Position numbers and translations under genes: made by a program
DNA from: an uncultured Verrucomicrobiae bacterium
GTDB taxonomy: Bacteria; Verrucomicrobiota; Verrucomicrobiia; Limisphaerales; Palsa-1400
DNA length: 64,000 bases
Direction of reading: 5' to 3'
Assembly (NCBI GenBank): GCA_963764165.1
Contig: CAVXRD010000002.1
Location: 3,008,001-3,072,000 of the forward strand
In this document: one piece after another, positions 9,059-19,523 of the stretch
Layout of the letters: each line of letters opens with the position of its first letter
Numbering within the stretch: the first letter of the stretch is position 1
The notes under the pieces: model-generated
Databases searched by the model: none
Told to the model about the DNA's origin: nothing
What the model saw: the letters and a program-made list of their open reading frames with translations, nothing else

Positions 9059-10321
9059 GTGAAACGATTCAGCATCATTCAGGCGGAAGTCAAAGACAGC
9101 TTCATCATGGCCTTGACCGCCATCGTCGCGCACAAGCTGCGCTCGGCGCTGACGCTGCTGGGCATTCTCGTCGGCGTTTTTTCAATCATCATTGTGATGA
9201 CCTCGATGCGCGCAATGCAGCAGAAAATCGAGTCCGACCTCGGCCAGCTTGGCGGGCAGACGTTTGTCGTTCAAACCTGGTCGCAGCTTCACTTCGAGGG
9301 CGGCGGCAGCGAGCAAAGCTATTGGCGCCGCAAGAGAATCAACTTGACACAGGCAACCGAGCTGGCCCGGCGCGCGACCCTGCCCTTGAGCATCGGCGTT
9401 GAAGATCAAAACGTCGCCAACGGCCAGATCATTTCCCGCTACGGCAAAAGTCCGCCGACGGTTTTCATGTCCGGCGAAACGCCCGGCAGTTTTCCGGCCC
9501 AAAACTGGAACGTCGCCCAGGGCCGCGCGCTTATTGATTCTGATTGCGACGGCTTGCGCGATGTCTGCGTGCTGGGCGCGACGCTGGCCGAGGATTTGTT
9601 CCCCTACGGCTCGCCCATCGGCGAAAAGGTTGAATTGAACGGAGTCAAATACGGGGTCGTCGGCGTATTGGAAGCCAAGGGCAGCATGCAAGGCGGGCGC
9701 GAGGACGAATTCGCGCTGATCCCCATCACCACCGCCGTCACGCGCTACGAGGACAAGCGCTGGCTTAACTTGAGCATTCTCGTCCAGGCCCGCGGGGCCG
9801 CCGAATACGCCAGCACGGTGGAGCAAGTCAGGGGCATCATGCGCCAATTGCGCAAGGTCCCGCCCGGGAAGCCGGATGATTTTGAAATTTTCTCCAACGA
9901 CTCGCTGATTGAGCAAATGAAATCAATCACCGGCAGCATTCGCATGGGCATCAGCCTGGTGAGCTCGATTGCGCTGCTGGCGGCGGGAATTGGCATTATG
10001 AACATCATGCTGGTCTCGGTGACGGAGCGCACGCGCGAGATCGGCATCCGCCGGGCCATTGGCGCGAAAAAGCGGACGATCATGACGCAGTTCATCATGG
10101 AGGCCGTCGTGCTTTGCGAAGTCGGCGGCGTGGCAGGCGTCGTGCTTGGAATCCTGGGCGGCGATCTGCTGGCCATGCTCATGCATTTGCCCAAGGTGCT
10201 GCCGCTGGATTGGGCGGTGATTGGCCTGATTATTTGTTCGGTGGTCGGAATTGTCTTTGGAACGTATCCGGCTTACAAAGCAGCCAATCTTGATCCGATT
10301 GAATCATTGCGCTATGAGTGA
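9059..10321 (+). CDS. ABC transporter permease (MacB/FtsX family)
   Basis: RSALTLLGILVGV, GIMNIMLVSVTERTREIGIRRAIGA, LDPIESLRYE. Confidence 0.93.
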   Translation: MKRFSIIQAEVKDSFIMALTAIVAHKLRSALTLLGILVGVFSIIIVMTSMRAMQQKIESDLGQLGGQTFVVQTWSQLHFEGGGSEQSYWRRKRINLTQATELARRATLPLSIGVEDQNVANGQIISRYGKSPPTVFMSGETPGSFPAQNWNVAQGRALIDSDCDGLRDVCVLGATLAEDLFPYGSPIGEKVELNGVKYGVVGVLEAKGSMQGGREDEFALIPITTAVTRYEDKRWLNLSILVQARGAAEYASTVEQVRGIMRQLRKVPPGKPDDFEIFSNDSLIEQMKSITGSIRMGISLVSSIALLAAGIGIMNIMLVSVTERTREIGIRRAIGAKKRTIMTQFIMEAVVLCEVGGVAGVVLGILGGDLLAMLMHLPKVLPLDWAVIGLIICSVVGIVFGTYPAYKAANLDPIESLRYE

Positions 10322-10339
10322 GCGCCATTTTTAATTCCT

Positions 10340-11854
10340 ATGATCCCCAAACTGACCAGGATTTTTTTCGCAACTTTATTCTGCGGCTGCGCATTCTCCA
10401 GCGCCGCCAAGGCCTCTTCCGAGGGATACGCGCCGCCCGGCACCAACTGGGTGGTGGACGCCGATGAATTGATCCGCATCGCGCTGACCAACAATATCAG
10501 CATACTGCTTGGCCGGCTCCAGCCGGAGGTTGACCAGTTCAATTTGCAGGGCCTTTACGGGGCATATGAACCGAGTTTCTCGGCCACACTGATCCACAGT
10601 TACAATGCCAGCCCGGGCGGCATTTATGCCCAGACAGGCCAGATTTATCCGGCCACAATTGAGCAGGCGAATTCTTATACTCCGGCGATCACCGGCGCAT
10701 CCCCCCTGGGAACGACCTTTAATCTCAGCGGCCCGTTCTCAGAAGTCAACAATACCTACTATCCGCGCCTGTATTCGTCCACTCCCAACATCCAGATGTC
10801 ACAACCGCTGCTGAAAAACTTCTGGATCAACAACCCCCGCTACCAAATCCAGCTCGCGAAATCGACGCTCAGGATCGACCAGCAGGCGCTGCTTCTCCAG
10901 ATCATGACCGTTGTCAACAATATCAAAGCCGCCTACTACACGCTGATCTCCGACCGCCAGCTTGTGACGGTGCAGGAAATCGCGGTAAGGCTGGCCGAGG
11001 AAACCTGGCACGAAGACGAAGCGCGCGTGAAGGCGGGAGCCCTGGCCCCGCTGGACGAGAAGCAGGCCGAATCCCAGGCCGCCAGCGCGCGCTCGGATCT
11101 TTTCACCGCCCAGACCACGCTTGCGGCGGAGGAGAACGTCATCAAAGGGCTGCTTTGCGTGCGGCGTGGCAATTGGAGCGGCACCGCGCCAATCCCAGTC
11201 GACCGCGCGCTCATTGCCGTGCCAGAAAACCCCGACGTCCGCGAATGCTGGCGCATGGCGTTCGAGAAACGGCCCGACATGCAGCAGGCAAAGCTCAAAG
11301 CGGAGCAGCAGAAGCTCACGATCAAGTTCGATTTCAATCAACTTTTCCCGGAACTTGATCTGGTCGGGAGCTACGGCCGCAACGCCACCGATCTCACCTA
11401 CCAGGACAATCTTAATACTATTCGCGAAGGCACCTACCCGGCCTATTCCTACGGAGTCTCGATGACCATCCCCCTTGGCGACACCACCTCGCGCAACAAA
11501 TACAGGGCCGACAAAGTTGGCCTCGAACAATTCGTGCTGCAAATCAAGCAGCTCGAGCTGACCATCATCCCTACAGTTGACAACGACGTCACCAAGCTCC
11601 GCACCGATCTGCTGAAAGTGGACTCAACGCGGCAAGCCCGCATGTATGCCGAGGACGCCCTTGAAGCGGAGCAAACAAAATTGAAGCACGGCAAGAGCAC
11701 GAGCTTCGTGGTATTGACGTTGCAAAATACGCTGACGCAGGCGCGCTCGGCCGAAATTCAAGCACTGGCCAATTACAACATCGACCTCGACCAGCTTGCC
11801 TTCGACGAAGGAACGATCCTCGAACGCAACCACATCGACGTGCGGCTCAAATAA
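10340..11854 (+). CDS. TolC-family outer membrane efflux protein
   Basis: Signal peptide, two OEP repeats (AFEKRPD, EQTKLKHGKSTSFVVL); ends the MacAB-like operon. Confidence 0.88.
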   Translation: MIPKLTRIFFATLFCGCAFSSAAKASSEGYAPPGTNWVVDADELIRIALTNNISILLGRLQPEVDQFNLQGLYGAYEPSFSATLIHSYNASPGGIYAQTGQIYPATIEQANSYTPAITGASPLGTTFNLSGPFSEVNNTYYPRLYSSTPNIQMSQPLLKNFWINNPRYQIQLAKSTLRIDQQALLLQIMTVVNNIKAAYYTLISDRQLVTVQEIAVRLAEETWHEDEARVKAGALAPLDEKQAESQAASARSDLFTAQTTLAAEENVIKGLLCVRRGNWSGTAPIPVDRALIAVPENPDVRECWRMAFEKRPDMQQAKLKAEQQKLTIKFDFNQLFPELDLVGSYGRNATDLTYQDNLNTIREGTYPAYSYGVSMTIPLGDTTSRNKYRADKVGLEQFVLQIKQLELTIIPTVDNDVTKLRTDLLKVDSTRQARMYAEDALEAEQTKLKHGKSTSFVVLTLQNTLTQARSAEIQALANYNIDLDQLAFDEGTILERNHIDVRLK

Positions 11855-11959
11855 AGGCAGGGACGCCTCGCCGAGGCGTCCGGGGTGAGGCGCGATTTTT
11901 TTCGCAAGCTGTCCCATTTGCCGCACGCAACCGGACGCCTCGGCGAGGCGTCCCTACCT
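11855..11959. repeat. REPIN-like doublet palindrome, family A
   Basis: AGGCAGGGACGCCTCGCCGAGGCGTCCGG...CCGGACGCCTCGGCGAGGCGTCCCTACCT between convergent genes. Confidence 0.88.
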
Positions 11960-11963
11960 CCGC

Positions 11964-13073
11964 TTACCTGTGGTGCGTCAACAACAGCATGATTCCCACC
12001 CCCGCCAAAATCGCCATTATCAAGAAGAATATCTTGACCCAGCTCTTCGGGTATTTGCCGGCGATCGTTCCGGTGTAGCCGTTGATGACCACTTGAAAAT
12101 GCCGGGCGCCGTAATCGTAGGTGAGCAGCCAGATGGGCGTTAGAATGTGTTTGAAAGTCTGGCCGGAATAATCGCAGTTCACCTGCAAATTCCGGTGCGT
12201 GTCGCCCGGCACTTGCGAGGCGCAGAGGCTTTCCATCTCCGAATCCATTTCCTGGCGCGCCTGCTGTGCGGCAGCCACGAGATCAATCTGGTACCGCTCC
12301 ACCACCCATCCGGATAGATAACCGGGGTTGTATGGCACCAACTCTGTCGTCGTCGGAAACGGTTCGATCTGGCGCAGCATTTCCGGCTGCACACCGCGCG
12401 AAGCCGGCACCAATTCGTCGTCAAAAAAATGATCGAGCGAGCCGCTGCTGAACTCCCATCGGATGTGCTGAACCTCCCGGGTCTGCGTGTTGCCTTCGTC
12501 GTCCCGGTAGGTTTCCGTTGTGTAATAATAATAGCCGCTCTCAGCCGTCCAATCCGCGTGGACTTGCGCGTCGAATGTCCAATAGGGAATGTAAAGCCCC
12601 TTCACCGTGTCAGTGAGGGCGGCGCGCTTGAGTTTATTGGGCGCGAACCACCGGCTGCCGTACCAGGTGCGGATCAAATCGCGCACCTCGGTATCGCTCA
12701 GCTTCATTGGCAGCAAGCTCTCGGGCCGAAACGCCTCCTTGATTTCCTCGTAAGGGACAAGCGCGGTTGATCCGCAGAAATCGCAGCGCTGGCTCACTCG
12801 CTCCGGGTCAAATACAGAAATCGCCTGGCAGCTCTGGCATTTTACGGAAGTTTTCTTGGCCTGCCAGCCGCGCTGATCATCCGGGATGCCGCGCAAGGCC
12901 GCCACCAAGTCGTGCTCGACAATCTGTTCGACTCCGGTGGCGTTCAACTCAGACTGGGCCGGCGAAACAGTGCCGCAAAACGGGCACACAATCGCTTTCT
13001 TGGCGGGATTCCATTGCGCCTCGCCGCCGCATGAAGGGCAGGAGAACTTTTTTTGTGCTGTGACTTCGGCCAT
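11964..13073 (-). CDS. double zinc-ribbon protein with C-terminal TM (YdjG-like)
   Basis: CPSC/CPFC/CQSC/CDFC, GLYIPYWTFD, NGYTGTIAG..PKSW then TM. Confidence 0.8.
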   Translation of the reverse strand: MAEVTAQKKFSCPSCGGEAQWNPAKKAIVCPFCGTVSPAQSELNATGVEQIVEHDLVAALRGIPDDQRGWQAKKTSVKCQSCQAISVFDPERVSQRCDFCGSTALVPYEEIKEAFRPESLLPMKLSDTEVRDLIRTWYGSRWFAPNKLKRAALTDTVKGLYIPYWTFDAQVHADWTAESGYYYYTTETYRDDEGNTQTREVQHIRWEFSSGSLDHFFDDELVPASRGVQPEMLRQIEPFPTTTELVPYNPGYLSGWVVERYQIDLVAAAQQARQEMDSEMESLCASQVPGDTHRNLQVNCDYSGQTFKHILTPIWLLTYDYGARHFQVVINGYTGTIAGKYPKSWVKIFFLIMAILAGVGIMLLLTHHR

Positions 13074-13121
13074 AATTGGTCGATTCGGTCGCCGCAGTAA
13101 TCAGCGCGGGAAAGCGCGCCG

Positions 13122-14213
13122 TTACGAATTCAAAAACTCGTCCAGCGCGGTTTTGGTGACTCGCCAAGATGTGCCGATTTTCTTGCCCCGCAAATCGCCC
13201 TTTTCCAGAGTCGCAACCACATCGGATTCGCTCACGCCAAGGACGCGCGCGACTTCCGCCGGACCAAGCAGCGCCGGAGCGCCAGCCGAACTGCCAATGA
13301 CGGGCGGTTCGGAACGCGACATGGGAGGCGTTGCGGCAGCGGGCGGGGTCGCCTGCGGCGTATTCATGGCCGCCATCATTTGCTGGCCGACGCTCAGTCC
13401 AGCGCCAAGGCTGGCCGCGGCGCCGGCGATGGCGCCCGTCTCTGTCGTCTTGGTCATGGATTCCGCCATTTGAAATTTCACGTAATCGTTGAGATTTCCA
13501 ACCGCCGCCATGCTGCTGCGCTTGTCAATTGAAGCTTCGACTTCCGCCGGAAGTGAAACGTTCTCGACGATGAAGCTGGAAATTTCGATGCCGTATTTCG
13601 CCGTCACCTGCGGATTGATGATCGGCAGCAAAGCCGCGCCCAATTCCTGGTAACGCGAGGCGACATCGAGCACCGGCACCTTGGCCGACGCCAGCGCATC
13701 GGTGAACACGCTGACAATGCGCGAGCGCATCGTGTCCGAAAATTCCTCCAGCCGGAAATGATGGTCGGTCCCCGCCACTTCCTTCAGGAACGTCTTCACG
13801 TCGGTGATGTGAAAATCAAAAATGCCGTAGGCGCGCGTGCGGACGATGCCGAAATCCGCGTCGCGCATCATGATGGGATTGGCCGTGCCCCATTTGTTGC
13901 CGGTGAACAGGCGAGTATTGACAAAATAGACATCGGCCTTGAAGGGCGAATGCAGCCCGTATTTCCAGCCTTTGAGGGTGGAGAGGATGGGGATGTTGTC
14001 GGTCGTCAGCGTATGTTTGCCGGGGCCGAACGTATCGCCGAACTGGCCAAGGTAAAGGAACTGCGCGACCTGCCCTTCGTTGACAATGAGCTGCGCGCCG
14101 TTCTTGATTTCCTTGTCGAGGCTGGGATAGCGGTAGGAGAGCGTATCGCGCGAATCATCCTGCCACTCGATGATTTCAAGAAACTGGGTTTTGAGATAAT
14201 CTATGAGACCCAT
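13122..14213 (-). CDS. SPFH/band-7 (YdjI-like) protein with C-terminal excisionase-type HTH
   Basis: IKNGAQLIVNEGQ, FGPGKHTL, KWGTANP, IENVSLP-like; C-term LLGPAEVARVLGVSE...KIGTSWRV. Confidence 0.85.
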   Translation of the reverse strand: MGLIDYLKTQFLEIIEWQDDSRDTLSYRYPSLDKEIKNGAQLIVNEGQVAQFLYLGQFGDTFGPGKHTLTTDNIPILSTLKGWKYGLHSPFKADVYFVNTRLFTGNKWGTANPIMMRDADFGIVRTRAYGIFDFHITDVKTFLKEVAGTDHHFRLEEFSDTMRSRIVSVFTDALASAKVPVLDVASRYQELGAALLPIINPQVTAKYGIEISSFIVENVSLPAEVEASIDKRSSMAAVGNLNDYVKFQMAESMTKTTETGAIAGAAASLGAGLSVGQQMMAAMNTPQATPPAAATPPMSRSEPPVIGSSAGAPALLGPAEVARVLGVSESDVVATLEKGDLRGKKIGTSWRVTKTALDEFLNS

Positions 14214-14366
14214 AAGTTAAACTTTCTTTTTCCCAGATATTCCGCCGATTTGGGGATTTTGGGAAGTATAAATTCGGGGCAATTGTGTAATCGGGAGCGA
14301 GACAAAGGAAACAAGGAATGGCGCCTCACGGGCTCCGCAATTGGGAAATTTGCTTCTGAAAAGGAG

Positions 14367-14433
14367 GCCACAGATTCACACAGATCAACACAGACTTTTG
14401 ATTTGTCTGCGTTGATCTGTGCCCATTTGTGGC
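14367..14433. repeat. palindrome of ~10-bp ACAGAT units (family C)
   Basis: GCCACAGATTCACACAGATCAACACAGAC...GTCTGCGTTGATCTGTGCCCATTTGTGGC; second copy 48735-48790. Confidence 0.7.
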
Positions 14434-14621
14434 ATTCTTTCTGGCCGGAACTTGATTTCCGCGGCCAGATTCAATCTGTCCCCATATTTCCCCAAAAATC
14501 GTGCCAAAAAACCTCTGGCCGGCTTTCTGTTTTCAAATGGAATGCGCCAACGTGCTTTCATCTCTATATATATTAAACCTTGAACTCGGGCGGGGCGTCG
14601 TTATAACCACGCGCTTATAGT

Positions 14622-17600
14622 ATGAATTTTTCGCCACAAGCGGAGCCCCTCAATCCACGTCCAACGGCCAAGCGGCTGCTGGTCGCCAATCGCAATGAAA
14701 TTGCCGTCCGCGTTTTTCGCGCGGCCACCGAATTGGGACTCCGAACCGTAGCCATCTACGCCCAGGAGGATCGCCTCAGCATTCATCGCTTCAAAGCCGA
14801 CGAGGCGTATCTCATCGGGCGCGGCAAAGGGCCGGTGGGTGCGTATCTTGATATTCCCGGCGTGGTCGCGCTGGCGCGGGCGAAGGGCGTGGATCTCATT
14901 CATCCGGGCTACGGATTTCTGGCGGAGAACGCGGAATTCGCACGGGCTTGCGCGGCGGCGGGAATCACATTTGTCGGGCCGCGGCCGGAAATTATCGAGT
15001 TGATGGGCAACAAAGTCGCCGCGCGCGCGCTGGCGCTCAAGACGAATGTCCCCACCCTGCCGGGCACGCAGGATCCCATTCAGGATCGCGCGGAAGCGAT
15101 GAAGATTGCGCACGAAATTGGTTTTCCGCTGATCATCAAGGCGGCGTTCGGCGGCGGCGGGCGCGGGATGCGCGTGGTTCACAAGGCGGCGGATTTGAGC
15201 CACCTGCTCGACGAAGCGCAAAGCGAGGCGGATCGGTCGTTCGGAAATTCCGCCGTGTTTTTGGAGAAATACATTCCGCGCGCCAAGCACATCGAGGTTC
15301 AGATTCTCGGTGATCAACACGGGAATGTCTGCCATCTGCACGAGCGCGATTGCTCGGTGCAGCGCCGCCACCAGAAGGTCATCGAGATAGCGCCAGCCTT
15401 TGCGCTGGACGAGGCCGTCCGCAAAGACCTCTGCCAGGCCGCCGTCAGCATGGCCCGCGCTGTCAAGTATGATAATGCGGGCACGGTTGAATTTCTCTAC
15501 GATCTCGACAAGCGCGAATGGTTTTTCATCGAGGTCAACCCGCGCATTCAGGTCGAGCACACCGTGACGGAAGTCATCACGGGAATTGACCTGGTGCGCT
15601 CGCAAATCCTGATCGCGCAAGGCCACGCGCTGCGCGGGCCGGAAATCAATATTCCAGCGCAAGAAGACATCCCCCGCATCGGCTGCGCCGTGCAATGCCG
15701 GGTGACCACGGAAGATCCGGCCAACAAATTCACGCCCGATTACGGGCGCATTTTGACCTATCGCTCGACGGGCGGCTACGGCGTCCGGCTTGACGGCGGC
15801 ATGGGGTACACCGGCGCGGTCATCACGCCGTTTTACGATTCGCTGCTGGTGAAGATTTCCTCTTACGGGCGTGATTTCGAACTCGCGCTGCAGCGCATGG
15901 ATCGCGCGCTGCGGGAGTTCCGCATCCGTGGCGTCAAGACGAATATTCCTTTCCTGGAAAACGTCATCGCCAATCCCGTTTTCCGCAGCGGCCAGGCCAC
16001 CACCACGCTCATCGACACAACGCCGGAACTCTTTTCCTTCAAGCCGCGGCGGGACCGCGCCACCAAGCTGCTGGCATTTCTGGCCGACGTCATCGTCAAT
16101 GGCAATCCGCAGGCCAAGGGGCACAAGCCCAAAGCGGCGCTGCTCGCCGCAGCCCCTCCTGACGTCGAAGGAAAAGGGTCGCCGGCGCCGGGCACGCGGC
16201 AATTGCTTCTCGAGATGGGCGCGAAGAAATTCGCGGAATGGACTGTCAAGCAAAAGCGCCTGCTGGTCACGGACACAACGTTTCGCGACGCCCACCAATC
16301 GCTGCTGGCCACTCGTGTTCGCTCGTATGACATGCTGGCCGTGGCGCCCGCCGTCGCGCTGCGCACGCCGCAATTGTTCAGCCTGGAAATGTGGGGCGGC
16401 GCGACGTTTGACACGGCCATGCGCTTCCTGCGCGAGGATCCGTGGGAGCGGCTGCGCCAATTGCGCTATCGCGTTCCGAACATTTGTTTCCAGATGCTTT
16501 TCCGCGGCTCCAACGCCGTCGGCTATTCCAATTACCCGGACAATGCGGTCAAGGGTTTTGTCGCTCACGCCGCCGCTTCGGGCATCGATATTTTCCGCAT
16601 TTTCGATTCGCTGAATTACACGCCGAATTTGAAAGCCGCGATGGAAGCGGTGCAAAACACGCACGCCGTTTGCGAGGCCGCCATCTGTTACACCGGCGAC
16701 ATCCTTGACCCGAAGCGCACAAAGTACTCGCTTAAATACTACGTCAACCTGGCCAAGGAACTCGAAAAAATGGGCGCGCATTTCCTGTGCATCAAAGACA
16801 TGGCGGGCCTGTGCCGCCCGTTTGCCGCCCGCGCTTTGGTCAAGGCGCTGAAGGACAACACAGATTTGCCCATTCATTTCCATACCCACGACACGAGCGG
16901 CGTCAATTCCGCTTCCGTCCTGCAGGCCAGCGAAGCCGGAGTGGATATTGTCGATTTGGCCATTGCGTCGATGAGCGGCTCGACGAGCCAGCCCAATTTG
17001 AATTCCATTGTGGCCGCGCTGCAAAACACGCCGCGCGACACCGGGCTGGATTTGGCGTCGCTCAACGAATTTTCCGAATACTGGGAAAAAGCGGCCGCGG
17101 CCTATTCGCCGTTCGACACCGCCCCGCGCAGCGGCACGGCGGAAGTTTATTTGACAGAAATGCCGGGCGGCCAGTACACCAATCTCAAGGAGCAGGCCGC
17201 CAGCATGGGCCTGTCCGCCCGCTGGGCCGAAATCGCCCGCACCTACGCGGAAGTCAACGAGCTTTTCGGCGACATCGTCAAGGTGACGCCGAGCAGCAAA
17301 GTGGTCGGCGACATGGCGATGTTTCTTCTCACGCGCGGCATCAAGCCGGCGGACGTCCTCAATCTCGAGCCGGGAAGCATTCCATTTCCCGCCTCGGTGA
17401 TTGACATGCTCAGCGGCAATCTCGGCCAGCCGGATGGAGGCTGGCCGAAAAAATTGCAGAAGGTTGTGCTGGGGGACCGCAAGCCAATTCGCGGCCGCCG
17501 GGGGCGGGCTTGAAGGCGCTTAATTTGAAGAAGGTGCAGGAGGAGCTTTCCGCGAAACTGAAGCACGACGCCAGCGCGAACGATCTTTACAGCCACTTGA

Positions 17601-18106
17601 TGTATCCCGAAGTGTTCGCGGAATATTCCAAATTCTCCCGGGATTACGGCGATGTCTCGGTGCTTCCGACCAGCGCATTTTTCTATGGCTTGAAACCGGG
17701 CGAGGAAATTTCCGTCGACATTGAGGAAGGCAAAACCCTGTTCATCAAGTTCAGCCATCTCGGCAATGTGGACAAGGACGGCAAACGCGGGGTGTCGTTC
17801 GAATTGAACGGGATGATGCGCGAAATTTCCGTGACCGACCGCTCCATTCAAGCCAAGGCCGTCAGCCGGCCCAAAGCCGATCCCGCCGACGCGCTTCAAG
17901 TGGCGGCGCCAATTCCGGGCTTGATCACCTCGCTGTCGGTCAACGTCGGGGCCAAAGTGGCGAAAGGCGAAAAATTATTGACGCTGGAAGCGATGAAAAT
18001 GCAGAGCACGATTTACGCTCCCGGCAACGGGACGGTCGAGGCGATCCACGCGCAAGTCGGAGACACCGTGGAGAGCAAGGATTTGCTGATCAAGATACGG
18101 GCTTGA
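14622..18106 (+). CDS. pyc: pyruvate carboxylase, split by a 1-nt frameshift at ~17497
   Basis: Biotin carboxylase (LVANRNEIA, HPGYGFL, ERDCSVQRRHQK), carboxyltransferase (RDAHQSL, IKDMAG, HFHTHDT), BCCP (EAMKM); one missing C restores RGR-PGAGL. Confidence 0.93.
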
Positions 18107-18111
18107 TTGAG

Positions 18112-18195
18112 CCAGGGGCGGGCTTCCGCCTCGGCGTCCTATAGGTCTTATAAGCCCCATAAGTCCTATTTCATGCGCATTATGGGACGGCTCGG
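18112..18195. repeat. degenerate REP with internal 9-bp tandem repeat
   Basis: GTCCTATAG GTCTTATAA GCCCCATAA GTCCTATTT flanked by REP-like arms. Confidence 0.55.
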
Positions 18196-18255
18196 CTGTG
18201 ATTGTGGAGAAAAGCTGGCATCGCAATGTTTGTGTGACTGTGTTACTTGTTGCTT

Positions 18256-18684
18256 ATGGATGCGATCACACTTCCGCCAGAGCCGAGTTACGACACCGAA
18301 CATCTCCGTCTGCTTTCGCTGTTTCACTACATTGTTGGCGGCCTTGCCGGGCTCTTCGCCTGCTTTCCCATCTTTCACATTGCGATAGGAATCATGCTCA
18401 TAATGTCGCCGCAGCATGTGAACAACAATCCAATGCCGCCGGCGCAATTCGGCTGGTTTTTCGCCATCCTGGGATCGGTTTTGGTTTTGATTGGCTGGAC
18501 ATGCGCAAGCTTGATCATCGTTTCGGGAAGATTTCTTGCCCAGCGCAAGAGCTATACGTTCTGCATCGTGATCGGCTGCATCGAATGCTTGTTCATGCCG
18601 TTTGGAACCATCCTCGGAGTATTCACGCTCATCGTGCTCAATCGTCCAAGTGTGAAGGCGATGTTCGGACCGCAGTATCCGTAA
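18256..18684 (+). CDS. small integral membrane protein, unknown function
   Basis: EHLRLLSLFHYIVGG, 3-4 hydrophobic segments, PFGTILGVFTLIVLNRPSVK. Confidence 0.8.
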   Translation: MDAITLPPEPSYDTEHLRLLSLFHYIVGGLAGLFACFPIFHIAIGIMLIMSPQHVNNNPMPPAQFGWFFAILGSVLVLIGWTCASLIIVSGRFLAQRKSYTFCIVIGCIECLFMPFGTILGVFTLIVLNRPSVKAMFGPQYP

Positions 18685-19320
18685 TTACGAACCGCGCGCT
18701 CCCTGTGGGGCCGAAGCAAAACTGGCCAGCTTTCCGGCCAGATACGCCACGGAAGGGCTTTGCGGCACTTTGCCTTCAGCGAGGATGCATTCCATTTTCG
18801 CAGGCGTGTCATAATAGGCATTGTTGGCCTCGTCATCGCTGACGATCATTCCGCTCTTGACAAGTGCGGCCCCCGAAAATCCATGCCTGCTGTTGTAAAT
18901 CCAAACGGAAGCTTCCACCGCGCTGGCATCTGAGTTTTCTCCGCTGGATGAACCAGCCAGAATGGAAGTCGCATCCTGCGCCATCAGCGCCAGCACGATA
19001 AAATTATGTTCGTCAGCGGCCTGCGAGCCGAGGCTGGCTCTGACAAATGCGGCCGGGCTCCAATGGCCCGAGGTCGCATCCCGCGTGATGGCGATGCCAT
19101 TGCCGCCTTGCGTGGAATAGAGAAAATCCGCCTTCGCCCATTCCAAAAACACGATTCCTTGCGCTTTCCGCAAGACCTCCGCTGGAACGCACTTGCTTGG
19201 CTGGCCCTGAAGGATTTCGAACTTTGACGCCAGCGCGAATATGCGGCGATCCAATGCAGCCCGCGCCTCGCTGCCGTGTGGTTTCTGCTGTTGAAAATTG
19301 GTAATCCTGACGTCTTCCAT
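18685..19320 (-). CDS. Ysc84/SYLF lipid-binding domain protein, divergent
   Basis: VPAEVLRKAQGI, GGNGIAI, WSPAAF, DDEANNAYY; no signal peptide. Confidence 0.65.
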   Translation of the reverse strand: MEDVRITNFQQQKPHGSEARAALDRRIFALASKFEILQGQPSKCVPAEVLRKAQGIVFLEWAKADFLYSTQGGNGIAITRDATSGHWSPAAFVRASLGSQAADEHNFIVLALMAQDATSILAGSSSGENSDASAVEASVWIYNSRHGFSGAALVKSGMIVSDDEANNAYYDTPAKMECILAEGKVPQSPSVAYLAGKLASFASAPQGARGS

Positions 19321-19475
19321 CGAAGAAAATCGCCATTGTGCCCCTGTTGCGCAAGGGCAGGAATTCCCCGCAAAACACCTAAGGAAACGCCCTGTGGGGA
19401 ACGAGAGGGTTAGCTGTTTTCTGAGCAGGGGAATAATGGGACGAATATTGCCTTTGCCTATCGTAACCCCATCTA

Positions 19476-19510
19476 TGGTCTCTTTTCCTGATGTTCCTGA
19501 GTTCCAGATT
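19476..19510. repeat. degenerate right end of ~150-bp MITE-like family B
   Basis: GGTCTCTTTTCCTGATGTTCCTGAGTTCCAGATT resembles 27336-27368. Confidence 0.5.
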
Positions 19511-19523
19511 TAATTTTCCGCGC

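Noticed and set aside
13122..13270. Excisionase-like HTH as sign of a prophage or ICE
   Set aside because: Fused to an SPFH protein; no integrase, att sites or phage genes in the window
14490..14507. sigma54-like TTGGCACGATTTTTGG pointing at the SPFH operon
   Set aside because: -12 element is GG not GC, and a near-identical string occurs at ~35347-35365 beside a MITE-like element, so it is more likely repeat sequence
14601..17024. 807-aa antisense ORF, and similar long shadows such as 60909-62936, 58498-59949, 35685-36800, 41638-42732
   Set aside because: Antisense shadows of well-supported genes in GC-rich DNA; no recognisable motifs
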